Shown: positions 1 to 9,335, counted from the stretch's first letter. The stretch: 64,000 bases of DNA from an uncultured Anaerolineae bacterium (GCA_964390105.1 CAYMGV010000001.1:334000-397999), one strand, 5' to 3'. The notes: generated from the letters alone by a model not told the origin. Numbers and translations are program-made.

Positions 1-148
1 TCCTGCTTTCGTCGATCATACGCTCAGGGCACAGTCAGCTTATGTCGATGAGCGTGAGCAGGAAGCCGAATCACTGATGCACCCAAGCGCACGCGAACTT
101 TGCGCATCACAATTCATACAACTCATTACATTCCCGGAACTGGTATGA
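1..148 (+). CDS. 3' end of an unidentified upstream gene (partial; start lies outside the window)
   Basis: Frame 2 is open from the window edge to TGA at 146-148. That stop overlaps the ATG at 145-147 of the next gene (ATGA junction). The visible ~48 residues carry no recognisable motif. Confidence 0.3.
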   Translation, partial: PAFVDHTLRAQSAYVDEREQEAESLMHPSARELCASQFIQLITFPELV

Positions 149-804
149 CCGATAGTCTAACCAACTGGCAGCGATTGGTGACATTCGGATTCCGGCTGCT
201 TTACAATGAACTCGCATGGACATATGACATCGTCGCATGGACGGTCTCGCTGGGGCACTGGACAGAATGGGTCGAGTCTGCGCTGGATGAACTTAACCCA
301 GGAACCAACTCGCACATTCTTGAGCTGGCCCATGGGCCAGGGCACTTACAGCAGCGAATGATCGGTCGTGGCCTGGCCCCAACAGGGCTGGATCTCTCCC
401 CGGCGATGGGGCGAATTGCGAAAGCGCGATTGACAAAAATCTCCCCTGCCCCCGCGCTGGTACGCGGGCAGGCGCAGTCATTGCCGTTTGCAACAGATCA
501 ATTTGATGGCGTAGTCTGCACCTTTCCAACCCCGTTCATCTTCGAGCAGCAAACACTTGATGAGGCCCGGCGCGTGCTAAAACCCGGCAGGACTTTGGTG
601 ATCCTGTTAGGTGCACAATTAACCGGCCCTGGCCCACTCTCTGCGTTCATTGAGTGGCTGTACAAGATAACAGGCCAGCGTGAAGGGCTGCCCAGCCAGT
701 GGATGGATCGTTTTGAAACAGCCGGGCTAACCGCCGATTATGTATACAAAACCATTGATTCAGCCAGGGTGCTGATGATCATCGCGAAAAAGAAAACAGG
801 ATAA
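145..804 (+). CDS. class I SAM-dependent methyltransferase
   Basis: ORF 100-804; I prefer ATG 145 because of the ATGA overlap with the upstream ORF. It has a motif-I-like ILELAHGPGH, DLSPAM after the beta2 position, and VLKPGRTLVIL. The N-terminus YNELAWTYD is typical of this family. Confidence 0.7.
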   Translation: MTDSLTNWQRLVTFGFRLLYNELAWTYDIVAWTVSLGHWTEWVESALDELNPGTNSHILELAHGPGHLQQRMIGRGLAPTGLDLSPAMGRIAKARLTKISPAPALVRGQAQSLPFATDQFDGVVCTFPTPFIFEQQTLDEARRVLKPGRTLVILLGAQLTGPGPLSAFIEWLYKITGQREGLPSQWMDRFETAGLTADYVYKTIDSARVLMIIAKKKTG

Positions 805-808
805 TCCA

Positions 809-1084
809 GTGATCATTTCACCACCGTTTACGTTTGGCATAGCCGTAGCCACACTGTTCGGCACACTTGCACACCTGATCCTGAACGGCAACGGGCGGCG
901 GCTGCTGGCCTATATCTTTGCTGCGTGGGTGGGCTTTGGCGTCGGACAAGCTGCCGGGCAGGTGATGAATATCCGGTTGTGGAGCATTGGTGAACTCAAT
1001 ATGTTAACAGCAGGCATCGGGGCACTGATCGCCATCATCACTGCCGTGATCCTCAGCCCACGTTCCCAATCAGAAGACCATTGA
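809..1084 (+). CDS. small hypothetical membrane protein
   Basis: GTG start 4 nt after the previous stop. The 91 aa contain three hydrophobic segments (FGIAVATLFGTLAHLIL, LLAYIFAAWVGFGVGQAAG, LTAGIGALIAIITAVIL). No family recognised. Confidence 0.45.
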   Translation: MIISPPFTFGIAVATLFGTLAHLILNGNGRRLLAYIFAAWVGFGVGQAAGQVMNIRLWSIGELNMLTAGIGALIAIITAVILSPRSQSEDH

Positions 1085-1098
1085 GACGTTTATGCCGC

Positions 1099-1126
1099 TT
1101 TACATGGGGATGGATTATGTTATAAT
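1099..1126 (+). promoter_or_regulatory. candidate sigma70-type promoter for the DUF948/YtxH pair
   Basis: TTTACA (1099-1104), 16 nt, TATAAT (1121-1126) in an AT-rich gap. A second candidate lies downstream: TTGACA (1174-1179), 18 nt, TACAAA. Confidence 0.35.
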
Positions 1127-1317
1127 CAGAGTTACTACTCAGCCTGATTTTGTACTCAGATTTGCGATCTTGATTGACATTTTGGATTGTGTTCAGGTAC
1201 AAAACATATGGCGTGAAGATCGTTCGATATCTCAAATTAGGCACAAAAAGTGGCCTGAGTAGTTACTAATCAGAATTGATCAGCACACCAATACCTCCCA
1301 CAAAACGGCAGGAGCGA

Positions 1318-1899
1318 ATGACAATACCTGAACCCATCAATCCGCCCAGCAGCACAGGCGATGAAGACATCAAGTCAACGATGATCATCGCGGCAGTGAT
1401 CGCTGCTGTCATCCTGATCGGCATCATTGCCCTGGCGATTGTGTTAGCCCTGAACGCTGATGCAACCGGGCCGAGTGTGGAAATTCTGCGAGACGTGGTT
1501 ATCATCCTGATCTCACTTGAACTGGTCATCATTGGTGCTGCGTTTATCGTGCTCCTGGTTCAATTTGCGCGGCTGGTCAACCTTGTCAACAACGAGGTTC
1601 AACCTCTTCTAAAATCGGCCAATGATACCGTAAACACAGTTCGTGGCACGGCATCATTTATGAGCAAGCACCTCACTGAACCTGTGATGCAGGCAAACAG
1701 TGCGATCTCAGGCATCATGAAGACGGCCAAGGAAGTCGATGCTATCCGAACTGCGGCAGGGTTTGTCAATACGACCCATACCAGCAGCCGTGCCCCCGTT
1801 TTCAACCCTGAACCAGAACAAGGTAAGAAAAAAAACCCGCGAAACAAAGAGGCTGATTTCAAAGCGGCTGGCAAGAGCGAAGAAGCAAGCAAGTCTTAG
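1318..1899 (+). CDS. DUF948-like membrane protein
   Basis: ORF 1276-1899; ATG 1318 follows AGGAG. N-terminal TM helices are followed by a helical region (LVNLVNNEVQPLLKSANDTVNTVRGTASFMSKHLTEPV). This resembles the DUF948 proteins that pair with YtxH. The tail is Lys-rich. Confidence 0.55.
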   Translation: MTIPEPINPPSSTGDEDIKSTMIIAAVIAAVILIGIIALAIVLALNADATGPSVEILRDVVIILISLELVIIGAAFIVLLVQFARLVNLVNNEVQPLLKSANDTVNTVRGTASFMSKHLTEPVMQANSAISGIMKTAKEVDAIRTAAGFVNTTHTSSRAPVFNPEPEQGKKKNPRNKEADFKAAGKSEEASKS

Positions 1900-1933
1900 T
1901 ATCAATTTACAGTCATCCTGGAGGAGACAAATA

Positions 1934-2260
1934 ATGAGCGATAGTTCAGATTTCGGTGCATTTATGACAGGCTTGATTATCGGTGGGCTGGTTGGCGCAG
2001 GAGCATCCTTGCTAATGGCACCACAGTCTGGCGAGGAAACCCGCGAACTGCTGCGTGACCGTGGCATTGAATTGCGTGACCGGGCTGATGAGGAAGTACG
2101 CGAACTGCGCAAGCGTGCCGAGGATACCCTCTCTGACATGCGTGAGCAGGTCGAGGAACTGCAGGTTCAAGCGAAACAGACCATTGATGATGCCCGTGCC
2201 AAGCTGGAGAAGGCATCCAACTCCAATGGCGGTACCGTTGAAGAAACTGGCGAAGCGTAA
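1934..2260 (+). CDS. YtxH domain-containing protein
   Basis: ATG 1934 is preceded by GGAGGAG (1919-1925). The N-terminus FGAFMTGLIIGGLVGAGASLLMAPQSGEETRE is the YtxH signature, followed by a charged coiled-coil. The ORF-track start at 1739 is an upstream extension overlapping the previous gene. Confidence 0.75.
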   Translation: MSDSSDFGAFMTGLIIGGLVGAGASLLMAPQSGEETRELLRDRGIELRDRADEEVRELRKRAEDTLSDMREQVEELQVQAKQTIDDARAKLEKASNSNGGTVEETGEA

Positions 2261-2281
2261 ATCAACTCGATTGATTTGAAC

Positions 2282-2316
2282 GGCGGGGCTGCTTCAGCAG
2301 CCCCGCCCGATGTTTA
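2282..2316. terminator. hairpin terminator between convergent genes
   Basis: GGCGGGGCTGC (2282-2292), loop TTCA, GCAGCCCCGCC (2297-2307): an 11-bp perfect GC-rich stem. It sits between the ytxH-like stop and the nnr stop, with TGTTTAT following on the + strand. Confidence 0.6.
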
Positions 2317-3933
2317 TGCATTGATAGACTGAAAAGCCGTGGGGATTGCATGAAGTACATCTGAGGCCAGTACGGAACGCCCCCCGTGCGCATCAGCAGC
2401 AGTGCGGCCTGCCAGCCCATGCAAATAGGCACCTGATACAGCCGCTTCCCGCGCATCTACCCCCTGTGCCAGAAAACTGCCAATTACTCCGGCCAACACA
2501 TCCCCGGTACCGGCTGTCGCAAGTGCATCATTTGCCAGCGGGATGATGACCGGCAGCGCCGATGGTGCTGCGACTACCGTAAATGCCCCTTTCAGCACAA
2601 CAACACACCCCCATAATTCGGCGTATCGCAGAGCCATCTCCAACCGATCTGACTGTATCTCCGCTGTAGAGCAGCCGGTCAGGCGTGCCATCTCTCCCGG
2701 GTGAGGTGTCAGTACCGTGTTTCCGGAGAGATGCACCCACCATTCATCCACGCCCGTCAGCAGGGTCAGCCCGTCCGCATCGATCACAGCAGGTATATTC
2801 GTGAGTTTAACACCTTCCAGCAGGCCAGCCATGAAACGTGCCGTTTCGGCGGCACGCCCAAGCCCCGGCCCCAATACCATTGAATCGATCTGATCCAGCT
2901 TCAGGGTCAGGACGCCCACAGCCTCCTCACTGATGTTACCCTGGTCGGTTGGAAGAGGTAGCCATATCGGCTCCAGCAGCGATGACGCCAGGACGGGAAC
3001 AGCCGTATCCGGCACTGCCGCCGTTACCAGCCCAGCGCCGCTTCGATAAGCGGCCATGGCCGACAGCCCGACTGCACCGGTATAGCTCTTGGATGCACCG
3101 ACAACCAGCACATGACCAAATGTTCCCTTGTGCGAATCAATTCCGCGCACAGGCAGCATAGACCGTACTTCGATGCCAGAGATGGTCTCAGACAAGGACT
3201 GAGACCATCCGCCAAGATCATCAGGTAAACCGATATCTGCTACCACCAGATCGCCAACATAAGCCGCACCCGGAAAGCTGAAATGACCGGGCTTCGGTGC
3301 GGCAAATGTCACGGTACTGCTCGCCCGGAAAGTCAGTTGATCGACTGCGCCGCTGTCGCAATCAAGCCCACTGGGGCAATCAACCGCAACGATCACGGCC
3401 TGCTGTGATACCCCGCCCTGCCCCGTACTCAGATTGTGGGAAGGATAACTGGCATGTGCTGGGCCTTGCAGCGCCTCATGGACGGCGTGCATCAGCCCAG
3501 CCAGGCCGTCTTCAATGGGCAGACGCACCCCGATACCCAGCAGCGCATCGACCAGCACATCTGCTGCTCTAACCAGATCGGTCAAGATGCTAAGATCGGA
3601 GTCATTATCAGCATCTGCTGTGAAAACGCCAGCATCTTGCGCAGCCTGAAAAACCTTATCCTTACGTGTGCGCGGCTTGAGCAGGTAGGCGCTGACATCG
3701 TGTGACGTTTCCTCCCGGAGCATGCGGGCGGCCACCAGCCCATCTCCACCGTTATTCCCCGGCCCGCACAACACCACAATGTTTGCGTTCTGCCTGCCTG
3801 TTTTCTCTACCCGGTTCAGTACCTCACGGGCAACCGCAGCCCCGGCGATCTGCATCATGAGATCATAAGGATGTCCTGTGGCATCAGCCTCAGCTTCCAG
3901 CGCCCGCATCTGATCGACATCAACCACCTTCAT
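2314..3933 (-). CDS. nnr: bifunctional NAD(P)H-hydrate repair enzyme (epimerase / ADP-dependent dehydratase)
   Basis: The N-terminal YjeF_N half reads VVLCGPGNNGGDGLVAARML. The C-terminal carbohydrate-kinase half reads GHVLVVGASKSYTGAVGLSAMAA...TAGTGDVLAGVIG. I place the start at ATG 3933 (MKVVDVDQMRALE), which overlaps the upstream stop as ATGA. The ORF-track start at 4044 is an extension. Confidence 0.9.
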   Translation of the reverse strand: MKVVDVDQMRALEAEADATGHPYDLMMQIAGAAVAREVLNRVEKTGRQNANIVVLCGPGNNGGDGLVAARMLREETSHDVSAYLLKPRTRKDKVFQAAQDAGVFTADADNDSDLSILTDLVRAADVLVDALLGIGVRLPIEDGLAGLMHAVHEALQGPAHASYPSHNLSTGQGGVSQQAVIVAVDCPSGLDCDSGAVDQLTFRASSTVTFAAPKPGHFSFPGAAYVGDLVVADIGLPDDLGGWSQSLSETISGIEVRSMLPVRGIDSHKGTFGHVLVVGASKSYTGAVGLSAMAAYRSGAGLVTAAVPDTAVPVLASSLLEPIWLPLPTDQGNISEEAVGVLTLKLDQIDSMVLGPGLGRAAETARFMAGLLEGVKLTNIPAVIDADGLTLLTGVDEWWVHLSGNTVLTPHPGEMARLTGCSTAEIQSDRLEMALRYAELWGCVVVLKGAFTVVAAPSALPVIIPLANDALATAGTGDVLAGVIGSFLAQGVDAREAAVSGAYLHGLAGRTAADAHGGRSVLASDVLHAIPTAFQSINA

Positions 3934-4463
3934 GTGCGCATTACCTCCCGGGCACGTATATGAGAAACTGCCACAGCGGCGCTGACGTGGACGTTCATGG
4001 AAAGACCTGCCCCGTACATGGGGATAAATATCGAACCCGCACAATGTGCCAGCACGGACCGGCTGATGCCGTGATCCTCGTTGCCCAGCACCAGTGAGAC
4101 CTTTTCGGGATACGCAAACTCGAAGTAGGGCACAGCAGTATCAGTGATTTCCAATGCAAGGTTCAGGTAGCCATGTTCAGCCAGGGCACCAAGCGCGGTT
4201 TCGGCACGCTCCTCATAACGCCAAGCCACTTTACGATGTTTGTCGCGCGCCACCTTCGTGATCTTCTGGCTATCCGGTGTGGGTGTGGCGCTGCACAGCA
4301 CCACCTCATCAATGTGGAGTGCATCGGCAATGCGGAAGATCGAGCCGACATTGGCCGGGTAGGTGACGCTTTGCAGCACCAGCACGATCTCTGTATGAGG
4401 GGGATGTGCCCGCCGCCAGTCGCGCATGAAGCGCTTCAGGTCAATCCCGCGAAGCTGATTCAT
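3930..4463 (-). CDS. TrmH/SpoU-family RNA 2'-O-methyltransferase
   Basis: SpoU motifs are present: PANVGSIFRIADAL, LVLGNEDHGISRSVL, IPMYGAGLSMNVHVSAAV. The start is placed at ATG 4463 (MNQLRGIDL). The longer ORF to 4562 would run through the upstream membrane ORF. Confidence 0.8.
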   Translation of the reverse strand: MNQLRGIDLKRFMRDWRRAHPPHTEIVLVLQSVTYPANVGSIFRIADALHIDEVVLCSATPTPDSQKITKVARDKHRKVAWRYEERAETALGALAEHGYLNLALEITDTAVPYFEFAYPEKVSLVLGNEDHGISRSVLAHCAGSIFIPMYGAGLSMNVHVSAAVAVSHIRAREVMRT

Positions 4464-4734
4464 CGTAACCGTCTTGATGGCTTTCGCTGTACTTGCGATT
4501 GGCGCGGGCGGCGACTCCTGAGAAAAAAACCAGCGCAACCACCGTGCCGATGATGGGACCACCAGCTACCGCCAGCATCAGCATGATATTCGAGGGCAGC
4601 CCGGCAACCCATCCAACCCCATAGATGATCCCGCCAATCACCAGAAACCCGACTGCCAGCGCCAACCCAACCAGGCATCCGCCTCCCAACCCCGCAGCAA
4701 AGTATTCCGCGGACGTTTTGTTACCCTGGGACAT
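4441..4734 (-). CDS. small hypothetical membrane protein
   Basis: 97 aa with two Gly-rich hydrophobic helices (GLGGGCLVGLALAVGFLVIGGIIYGVGWV, IMLMLAVAGGPIIGTVVALVFF). It overlaps both neighbours in operon fashion. Confidence 0.45.
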   Translation of the reverse strand: MSQGNKTSAEYFAAGLGGGCLVGLALAVGFLVIGGIIYGVGWVAGLPSNIMLMLAVAGGPIIGTVVALVFFSGVAARANRKYSESHQDGYDESASRD

Positions 4735-5209
4735 TATGCACCTTCACTTCTCTCAATTCGGTATCGAGAATCATAAAGGTTTGTTTACCGAAGCGCCCCA
4801 TCAGTTCACCGGGGTTCAGCAGCAGCGTGCGCCCCACCTTTGCCTGGTGAAGCTGGTGATCGTGACCATAGCACACCACATCATACTGGCCCGCTGCCGC
4901 GATAGCCCGCCCGATCTCCGGGTAGTGGTTCACCGCGATCTTCAACCCACCCAGGTCCAACTCAGCAAACTGGCCGTGCAAGGTTACGTTACCTGCTTTG
5001 TTCGCCATGACATTCAGCAGGTGCTGGTCCCCGTCGTTATTGCCAAACACGGCATGGACCGGGCCATTGAACCCTTCGGCAAGCTGCGCCAGCGTAAACG
5101 GTGCGCAGAAATCACCGCAAAAGATCAAGGCATCCGCGGCCATCCCTGGAAGGGCTTTTTCGAGCGCCCAGATGTTGTCATGAATATCGGAGCATATCGT
5201 TACATGCAT
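4721..5209 (-). CDS. YfcE/MJ0936-family metallophosphoesterase
   Basis: Motifs SDIHDN, CGDFCAP, GNNDGD and GHDHQ appear in canonical order. GGAGA lies upstream of ATG 5209. Confidence 0.85.
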   Translation of the reverse strand: MHVTICSDIHDNIWALEKALPGMAADALIFCGDFCAPFTLAQLAEGFNGPVHAVFGNNDGDQHLLNVMANKAGNVTLHGQFAELDLGGLKIAVNHYPEIGRAIAAAGQYDVVCYGHDHQLHQAKVGRTLLLNPGELMGRFGKQTFMILDTELREVKVHNVPG

Positions 5210-5221
5210 AGAGTCTCCGCC

Positions 5222-6118
5222 CTAAATATCACCCGGCACAAGGTTGAGCTTACTCACGGCGTCGGTAACATCGTCCCGCCAGATAAACACACGATTGTAG
5301 GGGGCAATGCGATAATAATCTGAAGGATAGTAAATCTCGCGCGTGGTCATGTCGAGGCAGTAGCGAGAAATCCAATTTGAACGCTGGTATGAGGATAGCT
5401 TCTCACCAGCCACGAGCTTCTTCGTTGTCTCATACAGCTTGACAGCCATACGGAACTCGTAACCGGTCAGGGTTAATGAGTCCTCCCAGATGCCACGCCC
5501 GGCCATATAGGCTTCCTTGGCGGCATCGCGCAGCAGTACAAGGTCCTCATAGGCGGGCAGGCTCGGGTAGATGATCAGGGTAGCCGCCCAGCCGCCCCGC
5601 ACCATCAGCGCGTTAAACGTGGCACGCTCCCAGCGAGTCTTGTTCTCACGTTCGTCCCTTGAATAAGACGGGGCGATATAGGCAAGCAGGCGACCGTAGC
5701 TGTCAAATGGCTGATTAGCGATCCGCACATACAGGCTGCGCTGGCTACCCGACTCGCGGGCAAGCATCTTCTCCAGCAGGTTCTCGAAGAACTCCTTGGC
5801 ATTATCACCCTGTTCCTCCTGCAACGTACCCGCACGTCCCGTGACCAGCCGTGGATGCAGATAGGCAGCCAGCCCTTCCGCTATCGGTGCATGGCCCTGG
5901 ACGATCCACTCGCCAAGCTGGAGTAGATTCTCATCTGAGTTTGACGGCTTACTGCGCCCCGGGTAATGGGTTTCAGGCGCATCGATGCTCAACATACGGA
6001 TCGACATTGAGATATACGGTGTGTCCCCGTCGGTAGCCCTTAGAAACTTACTTGTTCCGAGTGAATCGATGGTGATCCCGGTTGGATCCCAGAACAGCTT
6101 TACATCAGGCATGGTCAC
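5222..6118 (-). CDS. thermonuclease (staphylococcal nuclease-like) domain protein
   Basis: SNase-fold landmarks are present: ATDGDT, RMLSIDAPE, FDSYGRLLAYI, NALMVRGGWA. The start could be GTG 6118 or ATG 6112. It overlaps the upstream gene end. Confidence 0.6.
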   Translation of the reverse strand: MTMPDVKLFWDPTGITIDSLGTSKFLRATDGDTPYISMSIRMLSIDAPETHYPGRSKPSNSDENLLQLGEWIVQGHAPIAEGLAAYLHPRLVTGRAGTLQEEQGDNAKEFFENLLEKMLARESGSQRSLYVRIANQPFDSYGRLLAYIAPSYSRDERENKTRWERATFNALMVRGGWAATLIIYPSLPAYEDLVLLRDAAKEAYMAGRGIWEDSLTLTGYEFRMAVKLYETTKKLVAGEKLSSYQRSNWISRYCLDMTTREIYYPSDYYRIAPYNRVFIWRDDVTDAVSKLNLVPGDI

Positions 6119-7640
6119 TCTCTCCCTTGATCAATCGAGCTACTATCAGCCAACCCCCTACCCCCATCACACTCAGAAGGGTGGCTGTGCCAATCAAAAA
6201 TACAGGCCACGGAAAAGCCATCGAAACGGGTTCAGCCACTGACACAGGCATCTCGTCAACGGTAAACGTGGTGTCAGGCAGCGCGCCGTTATTTGCAGAA
6301 ACGATATATACGGGAGGACCACCAATCATGCAGTAATCCTCAATGGTTTCCTGGCATTCGCCACCAATCAGCGTCAATGTCACTGTGCCGGACTGCGTAT
6401 CGACATCCAACTCGTTACCCCACATATCGTACATCACAACCGGTCCATCGACCTGTACGCTCACCCCCTGAGCAGCAGGCAATCGTGACCATAACATCCG
6501 TATAACTGACTCGTCGTCCGTCAGAACGACTTGTGCCACAGTGCCACGATCAGCCCAGTCGGCACTTTCGACATGCCCCAGCATCTCGATGGCAAAGGCG
6601 GCAGTGTGATAGGCCGGGCGAACCTCGCCAACAGTTCGCGCCAGGCCAAACGGCTCCGGGTTTGCCAACAGGTCACGGGGGGAATCAATCAGCTTGTAAA
6701 ACGAGATCCGTTCGGCTCCTGCCGCAAGCGCCAGTGCCGATGCCTGCGGGACGTATGCGGCCTGCTCCAGAAGGGAGACCCGGAAGGACGGGTCATCAAC
6801 CCAGCGTGCCGGGTCCTGTGATGGTGCGGCGTTGGATTCGACCAACCAGATCCGTTGGTCCATGCCATGGTCACGCAGGATACCGCCGTACTGCTCCAAT
6901 AGGTCAAAGGTGGTAGCCGGGTTGAAATAGATGTGCATGGTCGCCACATCGAAGTAGTAGCCATACTCAGCAGCTTCGGGGTCCGCGATGAGCGCATCCA
7001 TTAACCGCTCAAAATATAATTCCCGGTCGTACAGATCATCCCACCAGTGAGTCATGGCCGCCAGATGCAGCACAGAACCAGGGTTGGCCTCATGTGCCGC
7101 GAGGTAAGAGACTCGCATTAACTGCACAAAGTCGGCTTCATCACCATACCATGAATAGGCAGGATAGGAACGATCCCATATGTCGGGTTCGTTCCAGATG
7201 ATCCAGTGATTGATCCTGCCAGCGTAGCGATTGACAGCCTGGTACACATACGCGGCCCAAAGGTTGCCCGGATCATCGTATGGAAGATACAGCCCTATGG
7301 GCATGCCGTCGTCCGCACGCGCCCATTCGGGGATGTCGATCAGCAGGCCGATCACCTCTCGCCCTGCGGCCAACTCACCATCGAGTTCCTCGTCGTTCAT
7401 ATCGGGTTCCAGCCACTGGTCAGGCCCGTCGGGCTGAATAACCGTCCAGTTAAACTCGGCACGAGTCCAACCAAGGCCGAGGTCCTCGGCAAGTGCTGGG
7501 GCATAGTGCGTCTCAACAGCGCCGAAGGCCCATTGAGGCGGGGCATCTGCCGCCTGTACACGGTCGCTGGCCGTGAGAGTCAGCCCCATTACCAGGAGAA
7601 TCAGCAGCAGTGCAATGATACGATACGCCGGTTTCATCAT
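6105..7640 (-). CDS. secreted, C-terminally anchored glycoside hydrolase-like protein (clan GH-A TIM barrel)
   Basis: Signal peptide MMKPAYRIIALLLILLVMGLTLTASDRVQA. An acid/base-type motif HWIIWNEPD and a later WLVESN are present. A C-terminal TM helix reads WPVFLIGTATLLSVMGVGGWLIV. GH family not assignable by eye. Confidence 0.55.
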   Translation of the reverse strand: MMKPAYRIIALLLILLVMGLTLTASDRVQAADAPPQWAFGAVETHYAPALAEDLGLGWTRAEFNWTVIQPDGPDQWLEPDMNDEELDGELAAGREVIGLLIDIPEWARADDGMPIGLYLPYDDPGNLWAAYVYQAVNRYAGRINHWIIWNEPDIWDRSYPAYSWYGDEADFVQLMRVSYLAAHEANPGSVLHLAAMTHWWDDLYDRELYFERLMDALIADPEAAEYGYYFDVATMHIYFNPATTFDLLEQYGGILRDHGMDQRIWLVESNAAPSQDPARWVDDPSFRVSLLEQAAYVPQASALALAAGAERISFYKLIDSPRDLLANPEPFGLARTVGEVRPAYHTAAFAIEMLGHVESADWADRGTVAQVVLTDDESVIRMLWSRLPAAQGVSVQVDGPVVMYDMWGNELDVDTQSGTVTLTLIGGECQETIEDYCMIGGPPVYIVSANNGALPDTTFTVDEMPVSVAEPVSMAFPWPVFLIGTATLLSVMGVGGWLIVARLIKGESDHA

Positions 7641-8326
7641 CAGGTAGACCAGTTGGGTAAATGTGCAGCAACCAGCCCGACCATTTCAGAGAAACCCTGC
7701 GAAGTCATCTCAGCGCCACCAATGTAACGCTGATCTTCGGCAAGCCGCAGGTCAGCCTGCTCCATTGATACATCTGACTGCACGGCAGATGAGGCGTGTT
7801 TCTCCGAGATCAGGTACTGGAAATCAGCAAAACCGGGCATGGATTCGGCGGTGTCGGGGTCCATGAAAGTGTAGGGCAGCAAGATATCCTCAGTACCCTG
7901 CTGGAGCCGCATCGCCACAACATACCATCCGCGTGGCACCCACGTCCGGCGTTTATGGATGGTGAAGTACCATGCGGTCACCTCGACGGGCTGTGCCCAC
8001 ATGATCTTGGTGGGTTCAACCCCCGGTGAAGTCAGCGTGAGACCATGCTCGTTAATGGTGAGTTCGCGGCCACTCGGCCAGAATTGAACGGTCAGCCACT
8101 CGCCCGCGCGGGCTACCACGACACCAAGCCCAATCCCTCCCATGATCGAATACAATACCCACGGACTATTCGTCCAGCCCATCAGGCGGAAGAATGCCGG
8201 AAACAGGAAGAATATCCCCATGATAATCGCACCAATGGTCAGAACGACCACTGTGAGCCGCGCCGCGCTGTGATTGGGGTCTAGACGATAGATCCGGGTT
8301 TGGTTTAAGATCGGGTCAGTTGACAT
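7640..8326 (-). CDS. hypothetical two-TM membrane protein
   Basis: Two N-terminal TM helices are followed by a soluble domain. Its stop shares one nucleotide with the next gene's ATG (TGATG). No family recognised with confidence; possibly bPH-like. Confidence 0.45.
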   Translation of the reverse strand: MSTDPILNQTRIYRLDPNHSAARLTVVVLTIGAIIMGIFFLFPAFFRLMGWTNSPWVLYSIMGGIGLGVVVARAGEWLTVQFWPSGRELTINEHGLTLTSPGVEPTKIMWAQPVEVTAWYFTIHKRRTWVPRGWYVVAMRLQQGTEDILLPYTFMDPDTAESMPGFADFQYLISEKHASSAVQSDVSMEQADLRLAEDQRYIGGAEMTSQGFSEMVGLVAAHLPNWST

Positions 8327-8446
8327 GATTTTTCACGGATTGCAGGCAGGATCAACAGGAGCCTTAATCAACTCCCCCTAGCGTGTTTACTGGAGTCATT
8401 TTATCATTCTGGCAGGTTACTGTCGAACCATGAAACGAGGAAGCTG

Positions 8447-9328
8447 GTGAGTTTTAGAGGGATATACGCAGCAGTCGTAACACCATTCAGCGCAGATGGC
8501 TCAATGGATTTTGTTGGGCTGAACCGTGTTCTGGGTAATCTAAGCGATGAAGGCTGTACAGGAGTCCTGCTCTCGGGCACAACCGGGGAAGGCCCGTCAA
8601 TGAGCGTAGCTGAACGATTGGCACTGTTCAAAGAAGCAAGCACCAATCACCCCGAACTTACACTGCTGGCCGGGTCAGGTGCGGCCAATCTGGCCGATGC
8701 TGCGGCCTTGACGGCAGGTGCGATTGAGGCCGGTTGCGATGCAGCACTGGTCCTGCCACCGTTCTTCTACATGAACGTGCCGGATGAAGGCTTGTTCAGT
8801 TTCTACAAAGCCATCCTCGATACGATTGATCCCGCTGGCCCCGGCGTGTTCCTGTATCACAACCCAAAGATGGCCCCACCGCTATCGGTTGAACTGGTCA
8901 GCCGCCTGCTGGATAACTACCCCGATATCATCGTGGGTATCAAGGACAGTTCCGGTGATATGACCTACACACGTCAGCTTATTGCGCTGATGGACACCAG
9001 GCCAGTACTTGTTGGTAAAGATAACCTGCTCAGCGTGGCGCTTGACGCGGGTGCCAGCGGCGCGATCACGGCCTGCACGAATGTCCATGCGCCGCTGATG
9101 CTGCGCGTACTTAAAGCACATCAGCAAGGGGATGGCAATCTCGCCGCATATCAGCATACGGTGGATCGTTCGTTTGCGCACCTGACCTCATTTCCGGCGG
9201 CCCCGGCGATGAAAGCCATGCTCGCCGCACGTGGATTGCTATCCAGCGATGCCGTCCGCCCACCGCTGATGACACTCACTCCCGAAGACAAGCCCCGGCT
9301 GCTTGATGACTACCCCCATGAAGGATAA
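8447..9328 (+). CDS. dihydrodipicolinate synthase/N-acetylneuraminate lyase family (DapA-like) aldolase
   Basis: GIYAAVVTPF, SGTTGEGPSMS and the Schiff-base region GIKDSSGD are present. GTG start. True substrate not inferable. Confidence 0.8.
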   Translation: MSFRGIYAAVVTPFSADGSMDFVGLNRVLGNLSDEGCTGVLLSGTTGEGPSMSVAERLALFKEASTNHPELTLLAGSGAANLADAAALTAGAIEAGCDAALVLPPFFYMNVPDEGLFSFYKAILDTIDPAGPGVFLYHNPKMAPPLSVELVSRLLDNYPDIIVGIKDSSGDMTYTRQLIALMDTRPVLVGKDNLLSVALDAGASGAITACTNVHAPLMLRVLKAHQQGDGNLAAYQHTVDRSFAHLTSFPAAPAMKAMLAARGLLSSDAVRPPLMTLTPEDKPRLLDDYPHEG

Positions 9329-9335
9329 CCGTGAC

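Noticed and set aside
3934-4044. N-terminal extensions in the ORF track: nnr to 4044, trmH-like to 4562, response regulator from 15235, phosphatase-superfamily gene from 25798, mgsA to 40663, uvrA to 51285, miaB from 55184, YtxH from 1739, FAH from 30839.
   Set aside because: Internal ATG/GTG codons with an RBS or ATGA/TGATG junctions give protein N-termini that match the families. The extensions overlap upstream genes or, for miaB, a terminator hairpin.
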